Source: Pseudomonadota bacterium
Lineage (GTDB): Bacteria; Bdellovibrionota; FAC87; UBA2466
Direction of reading: 5' to 3'
Assembly (NCBI GenBank): GCA_043718025.1
Contig: JAYSWN010000226.1
Span: forward strand, 1-17,516
Length of the DNA stretch: 17,516 bases
Shown: positions 15,470-17,516 of the stretch, one piece after another
Position numbering within the stretch: the first letter of the stretch is position 1
How the letters are laid out: each line of letters begins with the position of its first letter
The notes under the pieces: generated by a model
What the model was told of the DNA's origin: nothing
The model's input: the letters and a program-made list of their open reading frames with translations, nothing else
Database searches by the model: none
Position numbers and translations under genes: made by a program

Positions 15470-16144
15470 CTAATCGTCGGTCTTGCTCTTCTTGACCAGG
15501 AAGATCTCTTTGTTGATGGACTGCCGGGGATCCCAGCCGGCAAAAAAATCGTCATAGTTGAGAATGGGGAGGTTGTTTTGATCACGGTTAGGGCGAATGC
15601 CCTTAAAGACCCTTCCCTGTGGCTCATTAAGAATCACTAGGCAATGAAGGGCACCTAAGAAAGTAACGTCGCCCCGCGGATTTTTAATGGCCTCCATTTT
15701 CCACCGTTCAGCCCACGTTTTTGTTCGCTCGGTAATCTCTTCGGCAAAATGGCGAAAGAGATTGGCTCGCTTTTCTGCGGGCAGCGAATCGTCACTGAGC
15801 AGGTACTTCAACGCATTCAGAGTCCAATAACCCGAAAGGGCCTTCACCATGTTTTCATCATTAAAAAAATCATTGTAATTCGGATCGTCCAGCAACTTAT
15901 CCAGGGTACGCCGGATTTTAATTTCTTTGCTGTTCGATGGGGGATGAACTTGGTCTAGAATCCCGCGGACGTAGGTCAGCTCTTCGGAAGTGAGGGTTTC
16001 GGCATCGGCTAAGCGGGACAACGCGGCCGCCGACGACAAGTCGAACAGGCGAGGCCCGCAATCTAAGTTTGGGAACTTTGCCTTTAGTTCTGGGCAGAAC
16101 GCAAAGGCAAAGAGCAGAAAAAATTTAAAGTGAGTCTTCCACAT
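15470..16144 (-). CDS. Exported hypothetical protein
   Basis: The start is placed at ATG 16144 (MWKTHFKFFLLFAFAFCPELKA signal peptide). A helical N-terminal half is followed by an alpha/beta C-terminal domain. Confidence 0.7.
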   Translation of the reverse strand: MWKTHFKFFLLFAFAFCPELKAKFPNLDCGPRLFDLSSAAALSRLADAETLTSEELTYVRGILDQVHPPSNSKEIKIRRTLDKLLDDPNYNDFFNDENMVKALSGYWTLNALKYLLSDDSLPAEKRANLFRHFAEEITERTKTWAERWKMEAIKNPRGDVTFLGALHCLVILNEPQGRVFKGIRPNRDQNNLPILNYDDFFAGWDPRQSINKEIFLVKKSKTDD

Positions 16145-16268
16145 TAGAAGCGGTGGAATAACCTCACTTGCCTTTTTTGTCAGCTGTATTGGCTTCTCGT
16201 TCCGGGTTTTAAGAGAATGACTAGACGGATTTCCGACCGGCATGTTACTCGGAAAGGGTTCTTTATAT

Positions 16269-16344
16269 GCGGGAGTAGCTCATCTGGTAGAGCGACAGCT
16301 TCCCAAGCTGTAGGTGGCGGGTTCGAGCCCCGTCTCCCGCTCCA
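16269..16344 (+). tRNA. tRNA-Gly (anticodon CCC)
   Basis: 76-nt cloverleaf: acceptor GCGGGAG/CTCCCGC, D arm GCTC-ATCTGGTA-GAGC, anticodon arm ACAGC-TTCCCAA-GCTGT, T loop GTTCGAG, discriminator T and encoded CCA. Confidence 0.98.
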
Positions 16345-16622
16345 AATTTCCTACAGGAAATTTGGAGCCCTCCATTTTCAATTCTCGATTTTCAGGTTCT
16401 CCGCAAAGTGGGTTCTTCTGGTTCTTCGGTTCTGCTTACTCCGTAGCGGGTAAATTAAAAAAGCATATCAAGCACAGGCGCTTAGGAATCTGAGCCTGCG
16501 GTTTCCTGAGGAAACTCATCTACCCACCACCATCCGACATGAGCCAGTCTATCGGCACGATTACAGTATATAACTTTTCGTCTTCACATCTGTGCAAATA
16601 GGGACATGGGTTACATGTTTTT

Positions 16623-16688
16623 AAAAAAGGTATCCGTTACATATTAAGGCGACCTTTTTTCCCTTCATATGTAACGGATACCTTTTTT
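16623..16688. repeat. Perfect 22-bp inverted repeat with a 22-nt spacer
   Basis: AAAAAAGGTATCCGTTACATAT (16623-16644) and ATATGTAACGGATACCTTTTTT (16667-16688). Confidence 0.95.
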
Positions 16689-16900
16689 CAAATGCCCGCC
16701 CGCCGCCAAGCTGAAGTGTGTAAGTCGACGTAACCATGCTCGTAACTAAGTGAAAAAAGGATGAGGGAACGCTAAGAGAGGCCACTCGGGGGAGGGTAAA
16801 GCGGGCCTTCTTTATCTGGCCAAAAAGGTATGTAGAGTCGCCAGCGCCCTTTTGCGACACTATATATACGCAATCAAGCGTAAGACATCAGGAGAAATCA

Positions 16901-17359
16901 ATGAAAGCCCTTTACGAGCGAACTTCTCAATTTGTAATCCTAACATTATTGGTTATCGCATTTTTTGGTTCAACGGGAAGGAGCGAGCCAGCACGTTCAG
17001 GTTCGCTCCTAGGTTCAAACCAGGAAAACGGTCAATTAGCATGTTGGATTTCGGGAGGAATATGGTTTGAACACTCACCACCGTACAGAGACCTACCCAC
17101 CGTATCCGTCTGTATAGCAGCAAATACATGTTATTCCTATGCGATCCCCAGTATGTCTCTGTCGGGCGACATTTCTGACGGCCCTCAAGGCAATGATCAC
17201 GAATGTTATTGCATTTCACCCCGCGTAGAAACATTCGTACCAAACCCATTTCACAAAGATGAAGAAGGCTTCTTCGTATGTAAACCCGTAGCCGATGCTC
17301 TTGCTGGTAGAGGTGCCAACTCTGGGTATAGTGCCAGCCCAAATTCTATAGGTGACTAA
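16901..17359 (+). CDS. Small exported or membrane-anchored Cys-rich protein
   Basis: RBS AGGAG at about 16890, a hydrophobic N-terminus (FVILTLLVIAFFG) and six Cys including ACWISGGIW and CYC. Confidence 0.65.
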   Translation: MKALYERTSQFVILTLLVIAFFGSTGRSEPARSGSLLGSNQENGQLACWISGGIWFEHSPPYRDLPTVSVCIAANTCYSYAIPSMSLSGDISDGPQGNDHECYCISPRVETFVPNPFHKDEEGFFVCKPVADALAGRGANSGYSASPNSIGD

Positions 17360-17419
17360 TAGATAGAGGAATATGACGTTGTTCAATAAGACTGTCTCCA
17401 TCCGCGTCCCCACTGTACC

Positions 17420-17516
17420 CGACGTTGGCCCCAAAAATCGGAGCATTTGAAGCTTCCTAACAACCCGCATAAAATTGCGGTAAGGGGAGTGGAAAATGAA
17501 GAAGTCCAGGTTCACG
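17420..17516 (+). mobile_element. Left end of an IS3-family insertion sequence; transposase OrfA start at 17496, truncated by the window edge
   Basis: RBS AAGGGGAG then ATG AAG AAG TCC AGG TTC ACG = MKKSRFT, the characteristic N-terminus of IS3-family (IS407-like) OrfA. Upstream GGCCCCAAAAATCGG resembles an IRL. Only 7 codons are visible and the left boundary is approximate. Confidence 0.6.

Noticed and set aside
161..16453. Numerous short antisense or alternate-frame ORFs in the track
   Set aside because: They are shadows of well-supported genes or of the tRNA, without RBS or motifs.
16553..16582. dif/res-like imperfect palindrome around AGTATATAACT
   Set aside because: Poor match to the XerD arm (TTATGTTAAAT), and the symmetry is too weak to call.
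16621..16860. 79-aa minus-strand ORF in the island
   Set aside because: No recognisable motif or clear RBS, and it runs through the long inverted repeat.
17216..17515. 99-aa minus-strand ORF at the window end
   Set aside because: Overlaps the Cys-rich gene and lies antisense to the better-supported IS3 OrfA start.

Overview
A 17.5 kb bacterial chromosomal window. The gene mix suggests a Bdellovibrionota/Oligoflexia-like (former delta-proteobacterial) organism, but this is inference. It carries the 3' end of an M4/M36-type metallopeptidase, three outer-membrane beta-barrel genes, a membrane PAS sensor with no output domain, dksA with its terminator, a sigma54-driven Pro-rich exported protein, an ATP-grasp ligase, a CHASE2-cyclase-PilZ protein, two lipoproteins, a Zn-ribbon protein, mscS, a SAM methyltransferase, an AlkZ-related protein and tRNA-Gly(CCC). 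After the tRNA comes the apparent edge of an AT-richer island, ending in the first codons of an IS3-family transposase. Highlights: (1) three unrelated proteins, two of them cytoplasmic-cofactor enzymes, share a Sec-like signal peptide followed by C-x-x-[RA]-L, a candidate effector-export tag; (2) the class III cyclase lacks its catalytic residues while its PilZ c-di-GMP motifs are intact; (3) a near-perfect four-way-junction RNA candidate lies upstream of dksA; (4) a perfect 22-bp inverted repeat and other att-like structure follow the tRNA.
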